Of a DNA stretch of 64,000 nucleotides, positions 1 through 8,355 are shown piece by piece. A program made the position numbers and the translations under genes. Each line of letters begins with the position of its first letter. Positions within the stretch are counted from its first letter, which is position 1. Below the pieces are notes generated by a model that did no database searches, was not told where the DNA came from, and saw nothing but the letters and a program-made list of their open reading frames with translations. The DNA comes from Bacteroidales bacterium (GTDB lineage Bacteria > Bacteroidota > Bacteroidia > Bacteroidales > PWNQ01), in the NCBI GenBank assembly GCA_003557725.1, contig PWNQ01000041.1, positions 8,481 to 72,480 on the forward strand, given 5' to 3'.

Positions 1-965
1 TGTCCATTGTAAACCCCAACGACCTTTACCAAATAGCACAGGCTATTCGCGACGCTATTTATATGCCCGTTCACGAGCAAATAAAGAGAAATACCCCGGT
101 TATTAAAAGACTGAAAAGGTATAATGTGGAGCACTGGGCCAATGACTTTATGAAGGTATGGCAGGAAGTGAAAAGCATGCAAGAAGCCAAGCGTACCTGG
201 GAGGTTAACGCTCATATTACAGATCAGATAAGCCAGTCATTTGTGGGCGCCCGGGACCGGCTGCTTATGCTTGACTACGACGGAACTCTGGTGCCCTTTT
301 ATGAAGACCCCGATGATGCTGTTCCGGAAGAGCATATCAGGCAGCTTATTGAAAAAATAAGCAATATCCCCAACACCCGGGTTTATATAATCAGCGGGAG
401 GAATAAGGATTTTTTAGAGCGTATTTTTGAAAATACCGGCACAGGCCTAGTGGCTGAACATGGAGTATGGATCAGGAATTCGGGCCATAAGTGGGATAAG
501 GTGCAGGAATACAGTAATGCATGGAAGAAGGAGATTTCGGATATCCTTCAGATATATGCTGACCGCACCCCAGGGTCATTTATTGAGGAAAAGCACCACT
601 CTTTGACCTGGCATTACCGGCGGGCCGACCCTGATCTGGGAAATAAGCGGGCGTGGGAGCTTAATGACGAGCTGAGAGACCTGTGCAGTAATCTGAATTT
701 GGAAGTGCTGGAAGGGAAAAAAGTGCTGGAAGTGAAACAAATGGGAATAAATAAGGGGACGGCGGCCCAGCGGTTGATGAAGCATTATAAAAGCCAGTTT
801 GTACTGGCAGTGGGGGACGACTGGACCGATGAATACATGTTCAGGGCAATAGGCCATAACGGCGTTACCGTGAAAGTGGGACTGGAACACTCCGATGCGG
901 ATTACTACCTTGATACCAGTGAAAAGGTGCCGGACTTTCTAAAGAAGATTGTTCGCCAGGGCTGA
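1..965 (+). CDS. otsB: Bifunctional trehalose-6-phosphate synthase/phosphatase, 3' part (gene begins upstream of the window; frame is open from base 3)
   Basis: The frame is open from base 3 (SIVNPNDLYQIAQAIRDAIYMP, which resembles the end of a GT20 OtsA domain). It continues into a HAD trehalose-phosphatase domain (LLMLDYDGTLVP, IISGR, GINKG, GDDWTDE). Stop TGA at 963-965. Confidence 0.85.
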   Translation, partial: SIVNPNDLYQIAQAIRDAIYMPVHEQIKRNTPVIKRLKRYNVEHWANDFMKVWQEVKSMQEAKRTWEVNAHITDQISQSFVGARDRLLMLDYDGTLVPFYEDPDDAVPEEHIRQLIEKISNIPNTRVYIISGRNKDFLERIFENTGTGLVAEHGVWIRNSGHKWDKVQEYSNAWKKEISDILQIYADRTPGSFIEEKHHSLTWHYRRADPDLGNKRAWELNDELRDLCSNLNLEVLEGKKVLEVKQMGINKGTAAQRLMKHYKSQFVLAVGDDWTDEYMFRAIGHNGVTVKVGLEHSDADYYLDTSEKVPDFLKKIVRQG

Positions 966-1034
966 TTTTTTGTATTTTCGCCGGGCAGGAAGGGGTATGT
1001 ATTTTTACCTGCTCCATAGAGTAAATTTGAGGAT

Positions 1035-1121
1035 ATACTATTGAGTCCAGTCTAAAAAGGTCACATTTGATTCTTCAGCGGCTCCGATTAATTAGTATTT
1101 TTAAACCGGACGCAATAGTAT
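1035..1121. repeat. Short internally deleted derivative of the same repeat family (imperfect 87-bp palindrome)
   Basis: The left arm atactattGAGTCCAGTCTAAAAAg matches the reverse complement of the right arm (atttttaaaccggacgcaatagtat) at about 21 of 24 positions. The interior ttgattcttcagcgg matches the TGATTTTCAGCGG box. Confidence 0.5.
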
Positions 1122-1135
1122 TTAACAACGGGCCC

Positions 1136-2662
1136 ATGAAGATGGTTTTTGGAATTTGGTTTTTGCTTCTTTCTTTGCTTTTATTTGCCCGGGGCGATGA
1201 CCCTTTAAGGGTGGAGTTTCCCGCTTCGGGCAGGAGTGAAGGCTACCATCTCATACTTGCCGGCCAGCAGGGCTTTATTGTTTTGCGTAAAGAGGGAGGA
1301 AGCGATAACAACAATACAGTTTGGAGGGTGTTTGGCTACTCTCCCTTTTTGGAACAGCGATGGGAGGACTCATTGGAGCTCCCGGAAGACCTGGAGCTGG
1401 CGGCAAAGGATTACCACCAGGGCGTGGCAGGCTTAGTTTTTCTACATAGCAGTAACCGGGGCTCCAGCCTTCGGGAGGTGTGGGTGGAAATGAGACAGGG
1501 GGTTGTGGGACAGTATGGATTTCATGTGGAGGAACCACTTATCATCAGGGATTATAAAACCGCCGGGCAACAAAGCTTCCTTCTGGCACAGCAGGAAAGT
1601 GATTCCCGCGGGGTGATTGGTCGCATTTTTCAATCAGGAAAGGATGATGACCGGCAGTTGAAAGTTATTCGTCTGGACCGGAAAGCACGGAAACACGAAT
1701 ATATATGCGACCACATTAAGATGGGGATGCGCCCCTCGCGAATGGATGTTTTTCATTACGAACAAACCATTGACGTCTATACGGTGCATGCACCCCCGGA
1801 GGGCCATCACCAAATTTACATGCATTCATTCTCCATGAGTGGTGAGATTATGAATATCCGCCGGATTGCCATATCAGAGGGGAAAAGTGTAGTAGATGTT
1901 GCCGTTACTTCCAGGGACAGTATGCGCTTTATTGCCGCAACAGTGAGTGGAGTAATAAACAGATATAATCGCTATGAGGACTATACCGACGGAATATTCT
2001 TCTGCTCCATAACACATAACGGAGAAATCAATGCCAGGTTATATACCTTGTCTAATATTACTTCCTTTTACCGGAAAGCACACGCAGAAATGTTTCAGTT
2101 TTTTCCCGGCAGGAGAGACTCCCCCGGGTCGGCAGGATACCCTTTGCAGATCCACCCCGTGCTCAAAGGTCGTGAAAATGAAATGATCTTATTGGCAGAA
2201 GCCTATTATCCGGAATACCTTACTCAAATTTACTATGATGCATATGGCATGTCACGAACCCGGCGTGTCTTTAACGGCTATAAATACACCCATGCCCTGG
2301 CACTGGCATTTAATGATGAAGCAGGCCTGTTGTGGCATGAGGCAATGGAAATCAGAGATATAAAGACATATAGCCGGAAAATAAGAACGGATATCATTTC
2401 CGATGGCACTCAGGCCGGAATTATTTATAGCCTGAATAATAAATTGCGTTATCAGATTGTTTCCAATGGAAAGGCAATCGGAGACGTGGGTTCAGCATCA
2501 CTGCCCCTTAAATACCGCAACGATATGGTGAAACGGTCCAGAGATAACCAGGTTGTGGTCTGGCATGGAGATTATTTGTTAGCATATGGATATCAAGATA
2601 TTGAAAATCGATCTGAGGGAAACAGAAGCGTATTTTTTGTACAAAAGATCGCCTTTCACTAA
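1136..2662 (+). CDS. Secreted hypothetical protein (no family recognised)
   Basis: Long ORF. ATG at 1136 gives a good signal peptide (MKMVFGIWFLLLSLLLFARG). The upstream TTG extension to 1067 lies inside a palindromic repeat, so it is unlikely to be coding. Confidence 0.6.
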   Translation: MKMVFGIWFLLLSLLLFARGDDPLRVEFPASGRSEGYHLILAGQQGFIVLRKEGGSDNNNTVWRVFGYSPFLEQRWEDSLELPEDLELAAKDYHQGVAGLVFLHSSNRGSSLREVWVEMRQGVVGQYGFHVEEPLIIRDYKTAGQQSFLLAQQESDSRGVIGRIFQSGKDDDRQLKVIRLDRKARKHEYICDHIKMGMRPSRMDVFHYEQTIDVYTVHAPPEGHHQIYMHSFSMSGEIMNIRRIAISEGKSVVDVAVTSRDSMRFIAATVSGVINRYNRYEDYTDGIFFCSITHNGEINARLYTLSNITSFYRKAHAEMFQFFPGRRDSPGSAGYPLQIHPVLKGRENEMILLAEAYYPEYLTQIYYDAYGMSRTRRVFNGYKYTHALALAFNDEAGLLWHEAMEIRDIKTYSRKIRTDIISDGTQAGIIYSLNNKLRYQIVSNGKAIGDVGSASLPLKYRNDMVKRSRDNQVVVWHGDYLLAYGYQDIENRSEGNRSVFFVQKIAFH

Positions 2663-2720
2663 GTATAAAAACCCGGGAGCATAAAACCCCCGGAAAAAAT
2701 AGGTAATTTTGGCAGCGTTT

Positions 2721-5075
2721 ATGAAGAATAAGTGGTATATATACATAGCATCCATTTTGATGGTCCCATTCATAATGGGGTCTTGCAATAATGCACGCCG
2801 GCTCCCTGAAGGGTCCTGGTTGCTTACTAATAATGATGTGCGCGTCCATAATGAACACCTGGACCCTGATGCCAGAGTAGACCGCCATATCAGGCAAAAG
2901 CCCAACCGGACCACTTTGGGCTTTATACGGTGGCACCTGACTCTGTATACCCTGGGAGAGGGAATGAAAAGAGACACACGGGTAAAAAACTGGCTGATGG
3001 AAAGTGTTGGGGAGTCACCCGTAGTTCTGGATACAGCCATGGCAGATCATTCTACCCGCCAAATGGAATACTATCTGGAAAATATAGGTTTTTTTGACGC
3101 TAATGTGGAGTATTCGGTTGATTATAACAACAATAATAAAGCCACGGTAATATATCATATATATGGTAACAGGCCTTATCGGATTAGAGAAGTTACCTAT
3201 CTTGCCGAAGACACTTTATTGTTGCCGGTGATCAAAGAGACCATGGAAAACACCCTCCTGGAACCGGGAAGCGTATTTGATACCGACCGTTTTGATAAGG
3301 AGCGTAATCGCATTACCGGCTATCTCCGTAATAACGGATACTATTATTTCAATAAGAATTTTATTACCTTTCGGGTGGATTCAACCATGAAAGGCAGGAA
3401 TCTGGATGTTCAGCTCCAGGTCAATAACAGGGTATTCAGGTCACAGTTGGATAATGACAGCCTTATACCATTGCCACACCGGAAATATACGGTGGGCAAG
3501 GTGTATGTGTATCCCGAATATGATCCATTGAAAGATGAAGAGTTGGTTTATGATACATTGATTATTAGTACATCAAAAGGGGATTATCACTTTTTATTCA
3601 CGGATGACCTTCCTTACAAGCCCAATTTTTTGACCCGGTTTATCTTTGTCAGGCCCGGGGAGTATTATAATCTGGAGGACGTTCAAATGACCAACAGTCG
3701 GCTGGCCTCTTTAAGGCAGTTTCGTTATGTCAATGTGGCTTTTAGCGAGCGAAATACCCAAATGAGGCCGTGGCACAGAGACACTTTACCTCATGTGTTG
3801 GATTGCCATATCCGGCTTACAAGATCAGAACCACAGCATTATACCATTGAATGGTTGGGGAAAAATACGGCCAGGGATCTGGGAACGGAATTTAGTCTTA
3901 CCTATGGCAACAGTAACCTGTTCCGGGGGGCGGAGTTGTTCAATGTGAGTGCAAACCTTTCTGCTGAGATGCAGCAAATTATGGGGGAAATGGATAGCAG
4001 GCTTATTGGCGACCTGCTCCCTTTTAACACCCTGGAGCTGGGGGGAAATGCTACCCTGGAGCTGCCAAAGTTTCTTATTCCCGTCGACCAAAGCAGGTTG
4101 CCACACTATTTTAAACCTCGTACCACCCTGTTTGCAGGATATAGCTACCGGGAAAGGCCCGATTACCGGAGGCATCTGTTTAATGTTTCTTTCGGATACC
4201 GGTGGGATGAGTCGCAAACCAAACAGCATCAACTCACCCCTATAGACATCAGCGCCATTAAGCTACATCCGGACGCCGCCTTTCAGGAGCGACTGGAGAG
4301 TATCGATAATCAAAGACTTACAGCGGCATATCAGGACCATCTCATCGTTGGCATGAAGTATACATTCTTGCTAAATACCCAGGCTCAGCGAAGTAACTAT
4401 CCTGACTTTTGGTTCCTTAGAGCCAATGCAGAGTTGGCGGGAAACACCCTGCACCTTGCCAGGTCGTCCCTGGGGGGAGAGAAAAATGAAGAAGGAAGTT
4501 ATGAGGTTTTTAATATCCGATATGCTCAGTATTTTAGAGTTGATCTGGACTTCCGGTATCACTACCGTTTAAATGATTATAGCACTGTGGCAACCCGTTT
4601 TGCTGTTGGAGCAGGGTTTCCCTATGGGAACCTTAATGTGCTCCCTTTTGAAAAAGGGTTCTTTGTGGGAGGGGCTAATGGGATCAGGGCATGGCCCGTG
4701 AGATCACTGGGCCCCGGTGCCTACAGCGGAGCGGGGACTTTTATGGACCGAATCGGTGACCTGAGCCTGGAGACAAGCCTGGAGTACCGATATCCCATTT
4801 ATAACTTCTTTCATGGAGCACTATTCCTGGATGCGGGAAATATCTGGCTGAAAGATAAAAATGAAGACTTTCCTCTGGGGCACTTCCAGGCCCAGCGCTT
4901 TTTTAAACAACTGGCAGTGGGAACCGGAACAGGAGTGAGGCTGGACTTCTCCTTCTTTGTGATCCGGGTGGATATGGGAGTGAAAATGATTGACCCCGCT
5001 CAACCGGAGGGACAGAGATGGGTGCTGGGGGACTTTAATACCAACTTTAACTTTGGGATCGGATACCCATTTTAA
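2721..5075 (+). CDS. Omp85/BamA-family outer-membrane lipoprotein (TamL-like)
   Basis: Lipoprotein signal MKNKWYIYIASILMVPFIMGSC. C-terminal Omp85-type barrel with a G/aromatic-rich end (GANGIRAWP, LDAGNIW, terminal GIGYPF). ATG at 2721 is preferred over TTG at 2709. Confidence 0.7.
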   Translation: MKNKWYIYIASILMVPFIMGSCNNARRLPEGSWLLTNNDVRVHNEHLDPDARVDRHIRQKPNRTTLGFIRWHLTLYTLGEGMKRDTRVKNWLMESVGESPVVLDTAMADHSTRQMEYYLENIGFFDANVEYSVDYNNNNKATVIYHIYGNRPYRIREVTYLAEDTLLLPVIKETMENTLLEPGSVFDTDRFDKERNRITGYLRNNGYYYFNKNFITFRVDSTMKGRNLDVQLQVNNRVFRSQLDNDSLIPLPHRKYTVGKVYVYPEYDPLKDEELVYDTLIISTSKGDYHFLFTDDLPYKPNFLTRFIFVRPGEYYNLEDVQMTNSRLASLRQFRYVNVAFSERNTQMRPWHRDTLPHVLDCHIRLTRSEPQHYTIEWLGKNTARDLGTEFSLTYGNSNLFRGAELFNVSANLSAEMQQIMGEMDSRLIGDLLPFNTLELGGNATLELPKFLIPVDQSRLPHYFKPRTTLFAGYSYRERPDYRRHLFNVSFGYRWDESQTKQHQLTPIDISAIKLHPDAAFQERLESIDNQRLTAAYQDHLIVGMKYTFLLNTQAQRSNYPDFWFLRANAELAGNTLHLARSSLGGEKNEEGSYEVFNIRYAQYFRVDLDFRYHYRLNDYSTVATRFAVGAGFPYGNLNVLPFEKGFFVGGANGIRAWPVRSLGPGAYSGAGTFMDRIGDLSLETSLEYRYPIYNFFHGALFLDAGNIWLKDKNEDFPLGHFQAQRFFKQLAVGTGTGVRLDFSFFVIRVDMGVKMIDPAQPEGQRWVLGDFNTNFNFGIGYPF

Positions 5076-5092
5076 TTTTCCGGGAGGTTATT

Positions 5093-5680
5093 GTGAACAG
5101 TGAAAAATTTAATATCTGCTTTCTTCGTTCTTACCCCTATGAGCCTACTCAGGATCAGGTAAAGGCCATATACATTCTATCCCGTTTTATTTTTACGCTC
5201 AGGGAGCGGCCGCTTTTTGTTCTTAAAGGGTATGCGGGAACGGGTAAAACGTCTATAGTCAGTACATTGGTTAAGGTTCTCCCTGTAGCCGGGCAGAAAT
5301 CCGTTTTGCTGGCACCTACAGGAAGGGCTGCTAAAGTGCTAAGCAGCTACTCCGGAAAGCCGGCAACCACTATTCATAAACGAATCTATTATACTGCACC
5401 AACCCCCGAGGGAGGGATGCAGGTAAGCCTTCAGGTCAACCGCTTTAAAGACACTATCTTTGTAGTGGACGAGGCATCCATGATCCATGATAACAGCCAT
5501 GAATCCGGCGGCTTTGAGGGAAGGAGTCTGCTGGATGACCTTATCCGCTTTGTTTATAATGGACCAAATTGCAAGCTGGTCCTTATCGGCGACGAAGCCC
5601 AGTTGCCTCCGGTAGGGGCAGAGCTTAGCCCTGCCCTGGATATGGAATGGCTTAAACGATCCTTTTCACTCACCGCATGA
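5093..5680 (+). CDS. RecD-like SF1 helicase, N-terminal fragment (Walker A domain), ends at an in-frame TGA
   Basis: GYAGTGKTS Walker A and VVDEASM Walker B (AAA_30-like). Ends at TGA 5678-5680, in the same frame as the next ORF. Confidence 0.7.
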   Translation: MNSEKFNICFLRSYPYEPTQDQVKAIYILSRFIFTLRERPLFVLKGYAGTGKTSIVSTLVKVLPVAGQKSVLLAPTGRAAKVLSSYSGKPATTIHKRIYYTAPTPEGGMQVSLQVNRFKDTIFVVDEASMIHDNSHESGGFEGRSLLDDLIRFVYNGPNCKLVLIGDEAQLPPVGAELSPALDMEWLKRSFSLTA

Positions 5681-6529
5681 ATGGCACAAATGAGGAATGT
5701 GGTCAGGCAGGCGAAGGAGTCGGGAATACTTATGAATGCTACCGGGTTGAGAGAAAAACTGGAGAACCAGGACGTGGAACTGCCCCTGTTTAACACACAA
5801 AACTATACCGATATTGAACGCGTACCCGGGTATGACCTGCAAGAAGTAATGGAGCAAGCATTTAACTCCCCGGACATGGCCAATGACGCAGTGATGATCA
5901 CCCGGTCCAACAAACGGGCCAATCGCTTTAACCAGGAAATTAGAACCCGAATTTTGTTCCGGGAAGAGCAAATTGATGCCGGCGACCGGCTAATGGTGGT
6001 GAAAAATAATTACTTTTGGCTGCAAGGACATGAGCAAGAGGAAGCTGGATTTATTGCCAACGGGGATATGATCCAGGTACTGAAAATTAACGGATACGAT
6101 ATGCATGCCGGATTCCGGTATGTGAATGCGGTTATACAAATGCTGGATTATCCCGCAATTAAGCCCTTTAATGTGATTATGCTTACAGATACCCTGGATT
6201 CACCGTCGGCAGCACTAACCCGGGAGCAGCAACTGGAGCGGTATAATGCCTTTATGGATGACCTGGACTATATACAATCCAAAGGGGAAAAAAGAAAAGT
6301 GCTCCGAAAAAACCCTATGTATAACGCCTTGCAAGTAAAGTTTGGCTATGCTTTAACTTGTCACAAAACACAGGGTGGACAGTGGAAGCATGTTTTTGTA
6401 GACCAGGGGTATATCACGGAAGATGCATTGGACCAAAATTACCTGAGGTGGTTGTATACGGCGGTGACACGGGCTACGGAAAAATTGTATCTGGTTAATT
6501 TCCGGGATGAGTTTTTTCCTGATGAATGA
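5681..6529 (+). CDS. RecD-like SF1 helicase, C-terminal fragment
   Basis: Starts at the ATG directly after the TGA. Carries helicase motifs: VVRQAKESGIL, the SF1 C-terminal motif ALTCHKTQGGQWKHVFV, and YTAVTRATEKLYL. Confidence 0.7.
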   Translation: MAQMRNVVRQAKESGILMNATGLREKLENQDVELPLFNTQNYTDIERVPGYDLQEVMEQAFNSPDMANDAVMITRSNKRANRFNQEIRTRILFREEQIDAGDRLMVVKNNYFWLQGHEQEEAGFIANGDMIQVLKINGYDMHAGFRYVNAVIQMLDYPAIKPFNVIMLTDTLDSPSAALTREQQLERYNAFMDDLDYIQSKGEKRKVLRKNPMYNALQVKFGYALTCHKTQGGQWKHVFVDQGYITEDALDQNYLRWLYTAVTRATEKLYLVNFRDEFFPDE

Positions 6530-7001
6530 GAACGGTCGCTTGTGCATGCATCCCTTCCTCACGTCCGATGAATCCTATTTGCTCTCCTGTTTTGGCTTTA
6601 ATATTGATCTGTTGGGGTGAGATCTTCAAATGACCTGCCAGGATATCCACCATATGGGGGATATGAGGAGCCAGCTTTGGCCTTTGGGCATGAATTGTAC
6701 AGTCCAGGTTTACGATGGAAAAGCCTGCGTGGTGCAACAGCGACATAACGGCTTGCATCATCACCGTGCTTTTTACATTTTTCCACCGGGGGTTGGTATC
6801 GGGGAAGTGTGTGCCGATATCTCCTTTTCCCATGGCCCCCAGCAAGGCGTCAATGATGGCATGAATGAGAATGTCTCCGTCGGAGTGGGCCTGGAATCCC
6901 TTGCTGTGACGGATGGTAACGCCGCCAATAACCAGAGGCAGCCCAGGCCGCAGCCGGTGAGTATCTGATCCAGTGCCGATACGCATCATAAGGGTGTTCA
7001 T
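6495..7001 (-). CDS. ispF: 2-C-methyl-D-erythritol 2,4-cyclodiphosphate synthase
   Basis: MRIGTGSDTHRL, HSDGDILIHAIIDALLGA, GDIGTHFPDT. The ATG at 6999-7001 overlaps the porV stop as TAATG. An alternative start is M6 at 6986. Confidence 0.9.
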   Translation of the reverse strand: MNTLMMRIGTGSDTHRLRPGLPLVIGGVTIRHSKGFQAHSDGDILIHAIIDALLGAMGKGDIGTHFPDTNPRWKNVKSTVMMQAVMSLLHHAGFSIVNLDCTIHAQRPKLAPHIPHMVDILAGHLKISPQQINIKAKTGEQIGFIGREEGMHAQATVLIHQEKTHPGN

Positions 7002-8197
7002 TAGCCTTCCCGTTGTTGGTTGGCAAACGCTTCAAAATCAAAAAGCATGGAAAAGCGAAGCGTGTTTTCCATGGGGTTACGTTGTTCTACAGGAACCAGA
7101 TAGGAGAAATCAATGCCAAACACATTATATTTAAAGCCAACGCCCAGAGTAAAATATTTCCGGTTTCCTTTGGTTTGGTGTTCATGAAAGTATCCTCCCC
7201 GGATGGCAAATTGCTGGTCGTACCAATATTCTACCCCTAACGATGCCGTAACCTCCCGGATCTCTTCTTCCAGTCCTCCCGGGGCATCCGAGAAAGAACC
7301 CAGCATTCCTGCTACCACTCCCCGGTCAGGGTCCTGCCCGCTCACTATAAAGTATTGGCCTGTGGCGGTATCATGGCCATATATGGGGGGTGTGGGAACC
7401 AGCAACTTGTTGAAATCAGCCATTACACTAATAGTGTTATGGCGGTCCAGTTCGGTGGTATATGCTGCACCTATGCGCATATTAATAGGGATAAAATCCC
7501 GTTCCAGAGTTTCCGAGTATGATATTTTGGCTCCAATGTTGGAGATATTCATGCCAAAGGCCAGCAGGCCACTACGATCAAAGATGTCCACATTGTCCTG
7601 GTAGTATACGGCAACATCGGCAGCTACCGATTGGCCCACTTGTGTTTCTGCTCCACCCACATATTGGCCGCTGGTGAGGTTGGAGTTGATGTAACGAACC
7701 GCAACGGCACCGCTCCAGTTTTCTGAGAACAAACGGGCATACGCCGCATCCAGAGCAAACTCACTGGGACGGTATTGACCGATATTTTCACCTACCCGGT
7801 TGGTAAAAGTGATCTCTCCAAGGGAAAAGTAGCGCAATGACATGGATAGCGTTTGCATATTATCCAAACGATAATATCCTGCCAGGTAAGAAAGGTTGAT
7901 GTCATCCACCAGGTTTCGCAACCAGGGGCTATACGATAATGAGATGCCCATTTCATCCTCCACAAATGCGTACTTTGCCGGGTTCCAGTGCTGGGAATTG
8001 GCATCCGGGGTGGAAGCTACCCCCGCATCTCCCATGGAGCCCGCGCGGGAATCGGGCGCAATCATTAAAAAGGGAACCGCTGTAGTGATGGTGTTGATAT
8101 TGTCTTCTTGTCCCAGGATTTGTCCAATAGTCTGGCCATATAATACTGAGGGTGCAGCCAGAGCGATTGACAGGATGGTAATGAGGGCTCTTTTCAT
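7001..8197 (-). CDS. porV: T9SS outer-membrane shuttle protein PorV (LptO)
   Basis: Signal peptide, then the PorV-type N-terminal motif TAVPFLMIAPDSRAGSMGDAGVASTPDANSQHWNPAKYAF. About 400-aa beta-barrel, directly downstream of porU. Confidence 0.85.
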   Translation of the reverse strand: MKRALITILSIALAAPSVLYGQTIGQILGQEDNINTITTAVPFLMIAPDSRAGSMGDAGVASTPDANSQHWNPAKYAFVEDEMGISLSYSPWLRNLVDDINLSYLAGYYRLDNMQTLSMSLRYFSLGEITFTNRVGENIGQYRPSEFALDAAYARLFSENWSGAVAVRYINSNLTSGQYVGGAETQVGQSVAADVAVYYQDNVDIFDRSGLLAFGMNISNIGAKISYSETLERDFIPINMRIGAAYTTELDRHNTISVMADFNKLLVPTPPIYGHDTATGQYFIVSGQDPDRGVVAGMLGSFSDAPGGLEEEIREVTASLGVEYWYDQQFAIRGGYFHEHQTKGNRKYFTLGVGFKYNVFGIDFSYLVPVEQRNPMENTLRFSMLFDFEAFANQQREG

Positions 8198-8330
8198 TTT
8201 TGTTGTCTGTTTAAATGCTTAATTGTCAGAAATTAAATAATTTTTCCAAGGGTAAAAAGTGCCATAACAGAATCTTTCATTTATTTATTACCTGACAAAA
8301 AATATTGCTTGCTTTGCTTTTTTTAAAGTG

Positions 8331-8338
8331 CAAAGATA
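8331..8338 (-). promoter_or_regulatory. Bacteroidota -7 promoter box TATCTTTG upstream of porV
   Basis: The reverse complement of caaagata is an exact match to the TAnnTTTG consensus and is followed by CAC. It lies 134 nt upstream of the porV ATG. Confidence 0.4.
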
Positions 8339-8355
8339 ACGCAATTTGCTATTTA

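Noticed and set aside
1067-1135. N-terminal extensions from non-ATG starts in the ORF track: 1067, 2709, 12789, 25910, 34270 (ATG, but with no signal peptide), 48022, 50216, 58472, 61343 and 62803
   Set aside because: In each case an internal ATG gives a proper signal peptide, lipobox or family N-terminus. The extension also overlaps a repeat, a promoter box or the upstream gene.
5678-5680. In-frame TGA in the helicase read as selenocysteine or as a TGA-sense genetic code
   Set aside because: TGA terminates other well-supported genes in the window, for example otsB at 963-965 and the AI-2E gene at 59687-59689. Helicases are not selenoproteins, and I see no obvious hairpin directly downstream.
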